A stretch of 32,000 nt of DNA from Synechococcus sp. A15-28 (GTDB lineage Bacteria; Cyanobacteriota; Cyanobacteriia; PCC-6307; Cyanobiaceae), in the NCBI RefSeq assembly GCF_014280175.1, contig NZ_CP047931.1:2309587-2341586 (forward strand), read 5' to 3'. The translations under genes were made by a program, and so were the position numbers. The notes under the pieces were generated by a model. That model was not told where the DNA came from and did no database searches. It worked only from the letters and a program-made list of their open reading frames with translations. Positions 1 to 9,677 of this stretch are shown piece after piece. How positions within the stretch are numbered: position 1 is the first letter of the stretch; the number at the start of each line of letters is the position of its first letter.

Positions 1-197
1 TTCACATCATGGACCGAGCAGGGGCCCACCACCACCAGCAGACGCCGATCCTCGCCGCGCAAAATGGCCTGGATCCGTCGACGGGCCGATGCGACCGTCT
101 CCATGGCGGCGGCATCAATCGGCAGATCTCCGTGCAGCAGAGCCGGAGCCACCAGCGGACGGGTCTCCACCACATGCAAATCCGAGGTGGTGGCCAT
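1..197 (-). CDS. 3-deoxy-7-phosphoheptulonate (DAHP) synthase, class I, N-terminal fragment; the gene runs off the left edge
   Basis: My own reverse-strand translation from the ATG at 197 gives [65 protein letters not shown]. The [10 protein letters not shown](I/V)HD block is the typical N-terminal motif of AroF/G/H-type DAHP synthases. The ORF is missing from the track because the window edge truncates it. Confidence 0.7.
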   Translation of the reverse strand, partial: MATTSDLHVVETRPLVAPALLHGDLPIDAAAMETVASARRRIQAILRGEDRRLLVVVGPCSVHDV

Positions 198-293
198 GAC
201 CGCGCGCGTGAAACGGACCAAGGCTACGCATCCTGCTCACTGGCAACAGACCCTGTCCGGAAGAATGGTGCTCTGCCCCGCACATTCCTCACC

Positions 294-2876
294 ATGCTGA
301 GCGCGTATCGCGAGCTGGCCGCCGACCGCGAAGCCCAAGGCATCCCGGCCCTGCCGCTGACAGCTGAGCAGACCCAGGCCCTGACCGAACTGCTGCAACA
401 GCCACCCGCAGGGGAGGACGAAGCCCTGTTGCATCTCCTCAGTGAGCGCATTCCACCCGGCGTTGACGAAGCCACCTATGTGAAAGCCACCTGGCTCAGC
501 GCCGTCGCCCAAGGGCAAGCAACAAGCTCCCTGGTGACACCCCTAGAGGCCACTCGCCTGCTCGGAACCATGGTGGGTGGGTACAACGTGGCAGCTCTGA
601 TTGAGCTGCTTCAGCACAGCGACGAGCAGCTGGCCAGCTGCGCGGCTGAAGGCCTCAGCCGCACCCTGCTGGTTTACGACGCCTTCAATGACGTGATGGA
701 GCTGGCGGCGAGCAATCGCTTCGCCAGGCAGGTGGTGGACAGCTGGGCGGCGGCCGAATGGTTCACCCGCCGTGAGCCCCTGGCCGAAATGATCACGGTG
801 ACCGTGTTCAAGGTGGAAGGGGAAACCAACACCGACGACCTCTCACCCGCCACCCACGCCACTACCCGACCGGACATTCCCCTGCACGCCCTGGCGATGC
901 TCGAGACACGGGATCCCGAGGGTCTGAAAAAGATCGCAACCCTCAAACAAAAGGGTCATCCCGTGGCCTACATGGGCGACGTGGTGGGCACCGGCAGCTC
1001 CAGGAAAAGTGCGATCAACTCCGTGCTTTGGCACACCGGCAACGACATTCCCCACGTCCCCAACAAACGCGGCGGCGGCGTGATTCTCGGCGGCAAGATC
1101 GCGCCGATCTTTTTCAACACCGCCGAAGACTCCGGCGCTCTGCCGATCGAATGCGATGTCACCATGCTGAACACCGGTGATGTGATCACCATCCGCCCCC
1201 ATTCCGGCACGATCGAACGCGAAGGCGAGGTGGTGAGCCGATTCGAACTCAAGCCCAGCACCATCAGCGATGAGGTGCGAGCCGGCGGCCGCATTCCCTT
1301 GATGATCGGCCGGGCCCTCACGGACAAGGTCCGAGCGCAGCTGGGTCTCGCCCCTTCGGACGCCTTCATCCGCCCCTCGGCACCAGCAGACACCGGCAAG
1401 GGCTTCACCCTGGCCCAGAAAATGGTGGGCAAGGCCTGTGGCCTGCCGGGCGTTCGCCCCGGCACCAGCTGCGAGCCACTGATGACCACCGTCGGCTCCC
1501 AGGACACCACGGGACCGATGACCCGGGATGAGATGAAGGAGTTGGCCTGTCTCGGCTTCTCCTCCGACCTGGTGATGCAGAGCTTCTGCCACACCGCGGC
1601 TTATCCGAAACCAGTGGATCTGCAGACCCAGAAAGATCTGCCGGACTTCTTTGCCCAGCGCGGCGGTGTTGCCCTTCGCCCGGGCGACGGGATCATCCAC
1701 AGCTGGCTGAACCGCATGCTCCTGCCCGACAGCGTGGGCACGGGTGGGGACAGCCACACCCGCTTCCCCCTCGGCATTTCCTTCCCCGCCGGTTCCGGCC
1801 TGGTGGCCTTCGCTGCTGCCATCGGTGCGATGCCCCTGGACATGCCCGAGTCGGTGCTGGTGCGCTTCAGCGGTTCGCTGCAGCCCGGTGTGACCCTGCG
1901 GGACGTGGTGAACGCCATTCCCTGGGTGGCCATTCAGAAGGGCCTGCTCACCGTGGAGAAGGCCAACAAGAAGAACATCTTCAACGGCCGGATCATGGAG
2001 ATCGAAGGTCTGCCGGATCTCAAGCTGGAGCAGGCCTTCGAACTCACCGATGCCACAGCCGAACGCTCCTGCGCCGGCTGCACGATCAAGCTCTCGGAAG
2101 CAACCGTGAGCGAATACCTGCGCAGCAATGTGGCCCTGCTGAAAAACATGATCGCAAGGGGCTACAGCGATGCCAAAACCCTGGCTCGGCGGATCAAGGC
2201 TATGGAGGCCTGGCTGGCCAATCCGCAGCTGCTGAGCGCTGATCCGGATGCTCAATATGCCGAAGTCCTGGAGATCAACCTCGACGAGCTCACCGAACCG
2301 GTGCTGGCCTGTCCCAACGATCCCGACAACGTGAAACTGCTGAGTGAGGTCGCCGGCGATCCCGTTCAGGAGGTGTTCATCGGCTCCTGCATGACCAACA
2401 TCGGCCACTACCGCGCCGCGGCCAAGGTGCTGGAGGGCTCCGGCAGCAACAAAGCCCGCCTCTGGGTCTGCCCGCCGACACGCATGGACGAAGAGACCCT
2501 GAAGGCCGAGGGCTACTACGCCACCTTTGAAGCGGCCGGTTCGCGCATGGAGATGCCGGGTTGTTCGCTCTGCATGGGCAACCAGGCCCGGGTGGAGGAC
2601 AACACCACGGTGTTCTCCACCAGCACCCGGAACTTCAACAACCGTCTGGGCAAAGGCGCCCAGGTGTATCTGGGCAGTGCCGAGCTGGCAGCGGTCTGCG
2701 CCCTGCTGGGTCGCATTCCCACCGCCGATGAGTACCGCTCAATCGCAGCTGAAAAAATTGATCCGCTCTCCGATGAGCTTTACCGCTATCTGAATTTCGA
2801 TCAGATCAGCGGTTTTGAAGATCAAGGCCGGGTGATGAGTGCGGATGAGGAGGCGGCTGTGCTGGCTGAAGCCTGA
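294..2876 (+). CDS. acnB: aconitate hydratase B (bifunctional aconitase / 2-methylisocitrate dehydratase)
   Basis: The track ORF is 9..2876. AcnB-like sequence begins at the internal ATG at 294 ([27 protein letters not shown]), giving 861 aa, the AcnB size class. Fe-S ligand regions IGSCMTN and [11 protein letters not shown] are present. Confidence 0.93.
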   Translation: MLSAYRELAADREAQGIPALPLTAEQTQALTELLQQPPAGEDEALLHLLSERIPPGVDEATYVKATWLSAVAQGQATSSLVTPLEATRLLGTMVGGYNVAALIELLQHSDEQLASCAAEGLSRTLLVYDAFNDVMELAASNRFARQVVDSWAAAEWFTRREPLAEMITVTVFKVEGETNTDDLSPATHATTRPDIPLHALAMLETRDPEGLKKIATLKQKGHPVAYMGDVVGTGSSRKSAINSVLWHTGNDIPHVPNKRGGGVILGGKIAPIFFNTAEDSGALPIECDVTMLNTGDVITIRPHSGTIEREGEVVSRFELKPSTISDEVRAGGRIPLMIGRALTDKVRAQLGLAPSDAFIRPSAPADTGKGFTLAQKMVGKACGLPGVRPGTSCEPLMTTVGSQDTTGPMTRDEMKELACLGFSSDLVMQSFCHTAAYPKPVDLQTQKDLPDFFAQRGGVALRPGDGIIHSWLNRMLLPDSVGTGGDSHTRFPLGISFPAGSGLVAFAAAIGAMPLDMPESVLVRFSGSLQPGVTLRDVVNAIPWVAIQKGLLTVEKANKKNIFNGRIMEIEGLPDLKLEQAFELTDATAERSCAGCTIKLSEATVSEYLRSNVALLKNMIARGYSDAKTLARRIKAMEAWLANPQLLSADPDAQYAEVLEINLDELTEPVLACPNDPDNVKLLSEVAGDPVQEVFIGSCMTNIGHYRAAAKVLEGSGSNKARLWVCPPTRMDEETLKAEGYYATFEAAGSRMEMPGCSLCMGNQARVEDNTTVFSTSTRNFNNRLGKGAQVYLGSAELAAVCALLGRIPTADEYRSIAAEKIDPLSDELYRYLNFDQISGFEDQGRVMSADEEAAVLAEA

Positions 2877-2890
2877 CCCGAGATCACCCT

Positions 2891-4333
2891 GTGCCCACCC
2901 TGAGCGAGCCGAAACGACGACGCCATCTGCTGGGGTCCAGCCGCAGCATTCAGAGGTTGCTGGAACGCCGCTGGCTGGTGGTGGTTCTGGCGTTGGCACT
3001 CACTGGCCTCGGAGCAGCCATCACCGGACTGCTGTTCACCGGTGGGATCAACCTGCTCAGGGACTGGCGGCTGGAGCTGCTCAATGAATTTCCAGCCTGG
3101 GTGGTGCTGCCTGCTCTGGGGGGATTCGGTGGACTGGTGTCCGGATGGTTGATCAGCAATCTGGCCCCTGCTGCCGGAGGCGCCGGCATCACTCACATCA
3201 TGGGATTTCTGCGCCACAGGGCTGTGCCTATGGGGCTGCGGGTGGGGCTGGTGAAGCTCGTGGCCGGAATCATCGCCATCGGCAGTGGCTTTCCCCTCGG
3301 CCCCGAGGGTCCAGCCGTGCAGATGGGTGGTTCCGTCGCCTGGCAGATGTCCCGCTGGCTTCGAGCACCGGCGGCCTTTCGCCGCATGATCGTGGCCGCC
3401 GGAGGTGGCGCCGGCATCGCCGCCGTGTTCAGTGCACCCATCGGAGGCTTCATCTACGCGATCGAGGAGCTGCTGCACTCCGCCAGGCCGGTGGTGCTGC
3501 TGCTGGTGCTCATCACCACCTTCTCCGCAGACACCTGGGCGGATGTGCTGGGCTTTCTCGGCCTGAACCCTGGATCATCCGGCCTCAGCGGCACCACGGG
3601 CTTCCAGCTGGAGCGCGCCTACACACCGTTGGTGAAATTTCTGCCCATCGATCTGCTGTACCTGATCGCCCTGGGAGCCGTGGTCGGGGTGCTGGCGGAG
3701 CTGTACACCCGTTATGTGCTGGCCATGCAGCGACAGGGAAACCGCTGGTTCGGCGACCGGCTGATCCTGCGCATGACCCTCAGCGGGCTCGTTCTTGGCT
3801 GCGTCTACGCCGCCCTTCCCGACACCTTTCACAACCCCTCGGAGCTGAAGTACCTCATCGGCGCCGGTAAAGCAGACGTCGGCCTCGCCCTGGCCAGCTT
3901 TGTGGTGCTGTTCTTCAGCACCGGGCTGGCCGCCGGATCAGGGGCTCCTGGGGGACTGTTCATGCCGATGCTGACCCTTGGCGGTGCCATCGGTCTGGCC
4001 TGTGGAATCTGGGTGGAGGCCCTCACGGGCCATGTCCCCACCACCTATGTGTTTGCGGGCATGGGGGCCTTCGTGGCGGGGTGTTCCCACACACCGATTT
4101 CCGCCATGTTCCTGGCCTTTGCCCTCACCAAGGACCTGCTGATCCTCAAACCGATCCTCGTGGCGTCTCTGATGAGTTTCCTGGTGGCCCGCTTGTTCAA
4201 CCCCCACTCCATCTACGACCGTCAGATGGGCATGGAACTGGCGTCTGAAGAGCGAATGCAGCAGCGGATCAACCGTCATCGCCGCCCGTTCACACCACCT
4301 CCTCCCCCCGGCCCCCCAGGAGACAGCAACTGA
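2891..4333 (+). CDS. ClC-family voltage-gated chloride channel / H+-Cl- antiporter
   Basis: 480 aa, GTG start, polytopic membrane protein. It carries ClC selectivity-filter-like motifs GSGFPLGPEGP and GGLFMP. The C-terminal tail is Pro-rich. Confidence 0.85.
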   Translation: MPTLSEPKRRRHLLGSSRSIQRLLERRWLVVVLALALTGLGAAITGLLFTGGINLLRDWRLELLNEFPAWVVLPALGGFGGLVSGWLISNLAPAAGGAGITHIMGFLRHRAVPMGLRVGLVKLVAGIIAIGSGFPLGPEGPAVQMGGSVAWQMSRWLRAPAAFRRMIVAAGGGAGIAAVFSAPIGGFIYAIEELLHSARPVVLLLVLITTFSADTWADVLGFLGLNPGSSGLSGTTGFQLERAYTPLVKFLPIDLLYLIALGAVVGVLAELYTRYVLAMQRQGNRWFGDRLILRMTLSGLVLGCVYAALPDTFHNPSELKYLIGAGKADVGLALASFVVLFFSTGLAAGSGAPGGLFMPMLTLGGAIGLACGIWVEALTGHVPTTYVFAGMGAFVAGCSHTPISAMFLAFALTKDLLILKPILVASLMSFLVARLFNPHSIYDRQMGMELASEERMQQRINRHRRPFTPPPPPGPPGDSN

Positions 4334-4389
4334 ATCAGGAAACCCTGCTGTTCGATCCGGCCACACCGGAACCCGATGCCCTGAAGGCC

Positions 4390-5955
4390 GTGCTGGCGTT
4401 CCCCAGCACCTATTCGGTGGGGATCACAAGCCTTGGCTATCAGATCGTCTGGGCGACCCTGGCGCGCCGCAGCGATGTGGATGTGCGGCGCCTGTTCACG
4501 GATCAGGGTGATCCCCTGCCACGCCACTGCGACCTGTTCGGGCTGTCCCTGAGCTGGGAGCTGGATGGCCCCGTCTTGCCGGAACTGCTGCAGAACCAGC
4601 GCATCCCCATCTGGGCCGCGGAGCGTCGCGATCAGGATCCGATCGTCTTCGGTGGCGGTCCGGTCCTGACCGCCAACCCTGAACCGTTGGCTCCCTTTTT
4701 TGATGCGGTGCTGCTCGGGGATGGAGAGCTGCTGCTGCCCGCCTTCATCGATGCCCTCCAGCAGTGCCGTGGGGCTGACCGCCAGGTACGCCTGCGACAC
4801 CTCGCTCAGGTGCCCGGTGTGTACGTACCGGCGCTCTATGCACCGCGGTACGACACCGACGGGGAACTGATGGCCGTGGAACCCGTCGATCCGGACGTTC
4901 CGGCCATGGTCGAAAAGCAGACCTGGCGCGGCAATACCCTCAGCCACTCCACGGTGGTGACACCGGAGGCCGCCTGGCCCGACATTCACATGGTGGAAGT
5001 CGTGCGCAGTTGCCCGGAACTGTGCCGCTTCTGTCTGGCCAGCTATCTCACCCTCCCCTTCCGCACACCATCCCTGGACGACGGTCTGATTCCAGCGGTG
5101 GAAAAGGGGATGACCGCCACCAAACGGCTTGGACTGCTGGGCGCCTCGGTGACCCAGCATCCCCAGTTCTCCGATCTGCTCCAGTGGTTGGATCAGGACC
5201 GCTTCGACGGCACGCGGATCAGCGTCAGTTCCGTGAGGGCCTCCACGGTGACCCCTGAACTGGGACGGATTCTGGCCAAACGCGGCAGTCGGTCACTCAC
5301 AATTGCCATCGAAAGCGGCAGCGAACGCATGCGGGAGGTGGTCAACAAAAAACTCACCACCGAAGCGATCCATGCCGCCGCCCAGCACGCCAAGCAAGGC
5401 GGGCTGTCAGGCATGAAGCTCTACGGCATGGTCGGGTTGCCCACGGAAACCGATGCCGATGTGGACGCCACCGCCGATCTGCTGCTGACCCTGAAAAAAG
5501 GCACCCCTGGGCTGCGGTTCACCCTTGGCGTCAGCACCTTCGTGCCCAAGGCGCAGACCCCCTTCCAATGGCAAGGGGTGCGGCCGGAAGCGGACAAACG
5601 CTTGAAACGGCTGGCGAAGAAAGTCAAACCCAAGGGCATTGAGTTCCGCCCAGAGAGCTACGGCTGGAGCGTGATCCAGGCCCTGCTGTCCCGCAGCGAC
5701 CGACGCCTGGCCCCGGTGATCGCCGCCGTCGGCGACGCCCGAGAGAGCATCGGCGGATGGAAGAAGGCCTATCGAGCAGCCCTCAGCGGCGAGCTGGATC
5801 CACCGCCAGGAGATCCACTACCGGCACCGCCCCCCTGGGATGAAGTGATTCATGCGACCTGGGAACCCTCCCGGGTCCTGCCCTGGATCCAACTCAGGGG
5901 TCCACTCGCTCCGGAGAAGCTGCGAGACCATCACGATCAGGCTCTGACTCCCTAA
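4390..5955 (+). CDS. radical SAM protein (B12-binding-domain-like N-terminus plus radical SAM core), function unknown
   Basis: 521 aa. A CxxxCxxC cluster motif is present (RSCPELCRFCLASY). The frame stays open upstream as far as a CTG at 4330, so the start is uncertain (see findings). Confidence 0.8.
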   Translation: MLAFPSTYSVGITSLGYQIVWATLARRSDVDVRRLFTDQGDPLPRHCDLFGLSLSWELDGPVLPELLQNQRIPIWAAERRDQDPIVFGGGPVLTANPEPLAPFFDAVLLGDGELLLPAFIDALQQCRGADRQVRLRHLAQVPGVYVPALYAPRYDTDGELMAVEPVDPDVPAMVEKQTWRGNTLSHSTVVTPEAAWPDIHMVEVVRSCPELCRFCLASYLTLPFRTPSLDDGLIPAVEKGMTATKRLGLLGASVTQHPQFSDLLQWLDQDRFDGTRISVSSVRASTVTPELGRILAKRGSRSLTIAIESGSERMREVVNKKLTTEAIHAAAQHAKQGGLSGMKLYGMVGLPTETDADVDATADLLLTLKKGTPGLRFTLGVSTFVPKAQTPFQWQGVRPEADKRLKRLAKKVKPKGIEFRPESYGWSVIQALLSRSDRRLAPVIAAVGDARESIGGWKKAYRAALSGELDPPPGDPLPAPPPWDEVIHATWEPSRVLPWIQLRGPLAPEKLRDHHDQALTP

Positions 5956-7159
5956 TAAACGCATAAAGCCCTGCCAGCAGGGTCCAGCCAAGGATGTTGA
6001 GGCGGCTGTCAAACAGCGGCAGATCGGTGGCATGCATCACCACCAGCACCAACGTGGCCGCCCACCAGGCCCGCTCCAGAGGAGGCTTCTGCAACATCCC
6101 GCGCCGTGCAGTCAGCATCAGCAACACCAGGACAGTGCCGACAATCAACACCATCACCGGCAGTCCGTGGCTGACGGCCAGCTCCAGCGGCAGGTTATGG
6201 ACATGGCCATGCCAGCGCTTGGCAGCGTGAATTGGATAAAGAACGCTGAAGGCGGCGGCACCCCATCCGAACCAAGGGCGGGCAGCCACCAATTGCAGGG
6301 CGTACTGCCACTGACCCAAACGCGTGTGTTTCCAGGCGGTTTCCCCTTGACTTTCCAGAACCCGCACCAGCACCTGATCCGGCAGCAGGCGCATCCCCCA
6401 CTGCTGCAGCCCGGCGGGAACCCCCGGCAGAACAGCGAGCAGAAGGGGTGAAGCAAGAAGCAGGAGTAGGGGAAGCAACCACAGCCACTGCCAGGACCCG
6501 AGCACGAAGGGGAGGGCCAGCACCAGCCCACCCATGGCGTTGCGTGACTGGGTGAGCAGCACAGCCATCGCCGTGGCCATGGACAGCAGCAGGGCCCCAC
6601 CACGGCGAGGCCAGCCATCGGGGCGAAGCACGGCCGCGAGCATCAGAGGCCAGACCACCGCCAGCCAGGCGCCGGTGATGTTGGCGTAATCGAACAATCC
6701 AGACAGGCGACCGATCGGGCGGCCATCGGGATGCAGAAACCAGATGATCGCCCCGCCACCGACCTGCCAGGGACCCTGCCAACCCAGGAGCATCTGGCCG
6801 AATCCCGTCACCAGCACAGGCAGAGTGCCCGCCAGCAGCATCCACACCGCCTGTCGACGTTGGCTGGACCCCTCGAGGTGAGGTTGAAAGGCCCAGAACG
6901 CCCAGATAAAGGGCAACCAATTGGCCAGACCTGCCCAGGCCAGGCCGGCGTTCTCGGCCAGGCAGGCCCCGATCAGCATCAACACCCCGGCCAGCAGCAG
7001 CGGCTGGCACCAGCGATCCCGCCACAGCGGCTGCACCCGACCACGACTGCCGCTGATGCAGGCGATGAACAGCCCAATCGCGGCAAGCAGGGCACTGGAG
7101 GGCAGAAACAACAATCCGAGTCGGAACGCCCGACCCCCGATGCGCCGATCTCTAATCAT
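5894..7159 (-). CDS. O-antigen ligase (Wzy_C) family polytopic membrane protein, IctB-like
   Basis: 421 aa with at least 10 hydrophobic segments. The WHGHVHNLPLELAVSHGLP block resembles the Wzy_C/IctB signature. Its ATG overlaps the purU stop as ATGA at 7156..7159. Confidence 0.6.
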   Translation of the reverse strand: MIRDRRIGGRAFRLGLLFLPSSALLAAIGLFIACISGSRGRVQPLWRDRWCQPLLLAGVLMLIGACLAENAGLAWAGLANWLPFIWAFWAFQPHLEGSSQRRQAVWMLLAGTLPVLVTGFGQMLLGWQGPWQVGGGAIIWFLHPDGRPIGRLSGLFDYANITGAWLAVVWPLMLAAVLRPDGWPRRGGALLLSMATAMAVLLTQSRNAMGGLVLALPFVLGSWQWLWLLPLLLLLASPLLLAVLPGVPAGLQQWGMRLLPDQVLVRVLESQGETAWKHTRLGQWQYALQLVAARPWFGWGAAAFSVLYPIHAAKRWHGHVHNLPLELAVSHGLPVMVLIVGTVLVLLMLTARRGMLQKPPLERAWWAATLVLVVMHATDLPLFDSRLNILGWTLLAGLYAFIRESEPDRDGLAASPERVDP

Positions 7160-8010
7160 GCAAACACCGCAGTTCGGCCGCGATACACCATCACCTGTCG
7201 ATGAAGGTGCATCCGCAGGGCCCGTGCCAGCGCCAACCGCTCTGTGTCACGTCCTTTGCGGATCAGGTCATCGACATCGTCACGGTGGCTGACGGGCACG
7301 GTGGTCTGCTCGATGATCGGCCCGTCGTCGAGGTCCTCAGTCACGTAGTGCGCAGTGGCCCCGATCAATTTGACCCCCCGCTCCCAGGCCCGGTGGTAGG
7401 GCTGCGCCCCCTTGAAGGCCGGCAAAAAAGAGTGGTGGATGTTGATCACATCCGGGAAACGCTGAAGAAAGTCGCCGCTGAGCACCTGCATGTACTTGGC
7501 GAGCACGGCGAGTTCGATCCGGTTCTCCTCCAGCAGCTCCAGCATCCTCTGCTCAGCTTCTGGTTTGGCTGCCTTGACCACGGGGACGCAGACAAAACGA
7601 ACCCCGAATCCGGCACAGAGAGGTTCGAGATCCGGGTGGTTGGCGATGACCAGGGGCACCTGCATCGGCAGTTCACCGCTCTGCACACGCCACAGCAGAT
7701 CCTGAAGGCAATGGGCTTGCTTGCTGGCGAAAATCGCCACCCGAGGCACGTCATCGGAAAAGTGCAGCTGAGCCTGACCATTCAGTCGCGTCCCCAGGGC
7801 CGCAGCGGCCTCCGGCAGGGCGACGCGTGACAGACCGAACCCATCGAGATCCCATTCGATCCGACTGAGGAACAACCCGGCCCCCGCATCGGTGTGGTGA
7901 TCGGCATGGCGGATGTTGCCGCCGTTGGCAGCCACCCAGCCGGCCAGTTCACTGACCAAGCCAGGACGGTCCGGGCAGATCAACTGCAGGATCACCGTGG
8001 CATCACGCAC
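7156..8010 (-). CDS. purU: formyltetrahydrofolate deformylase
   Basis: 284 aa. It has an N-terminal ACT-like domain (ILQLICPDRPGLVSELAGWV) and a formyltransferase core (NIHHSFLPAFKGAQPYHRAWERGVKLIGATAHYVTEDLDDGPIIEQ). Confidence 0.9.
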   Translation of the reverse strand: MRDATVILQLICPDRPGLVSELAGWVAANGGNIRHADHHTDAGAGLFLSRIEWDLDGFGLSRVALPEAAAALGTRLNGQAQLHFSDDVPRVAIFASKQAHCLQDLLWRVQSGELPMQVPLVIANHPDLEPLCAGFGVRFVCVPVVKAAKPEAEQRMLELLEENRIELAVLAKYMQVLSGDFLQRFPDVINIHHSFLPAFKGAQPYHRAWERGVKLIGATAHYVTEDLDDGPIIEQTTVPVSHRDDVDDLIRKGRDTERLALARALRMHLHRQVMVYRGRTAVFA

Positions 8011-8082
8011 GACGAAGGTTTGAAAAGCAAATTCTCCCGCGCAGAACCAGCTGGTTAAAGTCTCTAAGATTTTTTCCTGACC

Positions 8083-8532
8083 ATGCTGAAGGCCCTGCGC
8101 CGCCTGGCCGCGATCTGCCTCTGCGTCGCGTTGAGCCTGGGTCTGATGGCCCCGGCTGCTGTCAACGCTGCTGGCATCAATCCAGACGACCTGGCGGTGA
8201 TCCGCCGACAGGCCGCAGCATTTGAAGCCACCAAGTCACGTCTGCCTGATCTGGCCCGCTTGGTGAGTGATGAGGACTGGGTCTTCACGCGCAACCTTCT
8301 GCACGGACCCATGCAGGAAGTCGGCCGTGAAATGTCGTACATCAATCAGCGCCTGGATCGCTCTGAGCGCAAGGACGCCGACAAGATCGCCCGCAAACTC
8401 AAGGAAGCCCTGGCCGACCTCGACGAAGCGGCTCGCCTGCAGGATGGCTCCCGTCTGCAACGGTCCTACAGCAATCTGGCGGCCAGCTTCGACGCCTATT
8501 CCGACGTGATCCCAGCTGAGGCCTTCAGCTGA
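8083..8532 (+). CDS. psbQ: photosystem II extrinsic protein PsbQ (CyanoQ)-like
   Basis: 149 aa with an N-terminal signal peptide and a helical body. The DWVFTRNLLHGPMQEVGREM and LDEAARLQD pattern matches what I recall of cyanobacterial PsbQ; this has not been checked by search. Confidence 0.6.
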   Translation: MLKALRRLAAICLCVALSLGLMAPAAVNAAGINPDDLAVIRRQAAAFEATKSRLPDLARLVSDEDWVFTRNLLHGPMQEVGREMSYINQRLDRSERKDADKIARKLKEALADLDEAARLQDGSRLQRSYSNLAASFDAYSDVIPAEAFS

Positions 8533-9617
8533 ACCGTCCAGTCGCCGTTGTCGGTGCCGGCTCCCTCGGCCTTGGCACCGCCTGGCACCTGGCCTCTCTC
8601 GGCCACCCGGTGACGATCTACGATCCCCGCCTGACACAGCGAGTCAGCAGGACAAGGTCTTCCACCGAACTCAACGGCACCACCGCGTCCCTGGGCGTGC
8701 TCATGGGGCACGTCTTCCGTCGATCCAGTGGTCGTGGCTGGCGGCTGCGAAAACGCAGCATGGAACTCTGGCCCCTCTGGATCAACCGCTTGCAACGCTT
8801 CGTGCCGGAACTGGCTCTACAAACCCCGCTGCTGCAAGTTGCTGGTGATGAAGCCACCGGAATCCGGCTCAACGGTCTGGCCTCACAACGCCAACAGCTT
8901 GGGCTGAAAAGCCTTTCCCCTGCAGAACTGGACGCAATCTGGCCAAGAGCGGAACACGGTGGATTGCGCTCCGAACAAGACGGTCGCGTGGATCCTTTGA
9001 AACTGCAGCAATCCCTGCGGCGTGCTCTTGAGGAGCATCAGGTGACTCAGGTGGCCGAACCAGTCGATACCCTCGAGCGTCACCGTTCCGGCTGGCGTGT
9101 GGTGAGGACCGGAGGCCAACGGGACGACTTCGCTGCTGTGGTGATCTGCGCAGCCCTAGCCAGCTCAGCACTGCTGGCACCTCTTGATCACGACCGGCCC
9201 ATGACGCCGGTGCTGGGCCAGGCCCTGCGGTTGGAATTGAAGGAAGCGCCCATCAACTGGCAGCAATGGCCTGCGGTCCTGGTGGATCAAGGCGTCAACC
9301 TCATCCCCGATGGACCGAATCAGTTGCTGCTGGGGGCCACCGTTGAACCGGGCAGTGAAGCGGCCGAAGACCCCCTGGCCTTAATGCGTTCCCTCCACGG
9401 CAAGGCCCCGGACTGGCTCAAATCCGCCACGGTGGTTGAGCACTGGAGTGGCCTGCGGGCCAGGCCGGTGGAGCGGCCAGCGCCACTTCTTGAGCAGCTC
9501 GAGCCCGGTCTGCTGCTGGCCAGTGGTCATTACCGCAACGGTGTGCTGCTGCTGCCGGCCAGTGCTGAATGGATCGCAGCTGAACTCAATCACAACCTTC
9601 CGATTACCGGCGCTTAG
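8529..9617 (+). CDS. thiO: FAD-dependent oxidoreductase, glycine oxidase ThiO-like
   Basis: The track ORF is 8610..9617. The same frame is open from 8520 and encodes the dinucleotide-binding motif VAVVGAGSLGLGTAWHLASLGHPVTIYDP upstream of 8610. The C-terminal GHYRNGVLLLPASAEW is ThiO/DAO-like. The 5' end is placed at the only near-cognate codon, CTG at 8529, and is uncertain. Confidence 0.6.
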   Translation: MNRPVAVVGAGSLGLGTAWHLASLGHPVTIYDPRLTQRVSRTRSSTELNGTTASLGVLMGHVFRRSSGRGWRLRKRSMELWPLWINRLQRFVPELALQTPLLQVAGDEATGIRLNGLASQRQQLGLKSLSPAELDAIWPRAEHGGLRSEQDGRVDPLKLQQSLRRALEEHQVTQVAEPVDTLERHRSGWRVVRTGGQRDDFAAVVICAALASSALLAPLDHDRPMTPVLGQALRLELKEAPINWQQWPAVLVDQGVNLIPDGPNQLLLGATVEPGSEAAEDPLALMRSLHGKAPDWLKSATVVEHWSGLRARPVERPAPLLEQLEPGLLLASGHYRNGVLLLPASAEWIAAELNHNLPITGA

Positions 9618-9677
9618 CGCTGTCTTCCCCTGCAGTGCATACGGTCCCGATGGTCACATCCCCGTGCATCCGAACCC

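Noticed and set aside
9-293. 5' extension of the acnB ORF (95 extra codons)
   Set aside because: The extension is not AcnB-like and overlaps the divergent DAHP synthase gene on the opposite strand. AcnB homology and the expected length begin at the ATG at 294.
843-2408. 521-aa ORF antisense to acnB
   Set aside because: It is fully nested opposite a strongly conserved gene. The translation is low-complexity (G/A/H/Q/R/V-rich) with no recognisable motifs. This is the usual stop-poor antisense frame of a high-GC3 gene.
9560-9677. Pho-box (PhoB/SphR) repeats upstream of pstS
   Set aside because: No tandem PyTTAAPyPy(T/A)-like octamers with 11-bp phasing are visible. The absence is noted under the pstS finding rather than called as a feature.
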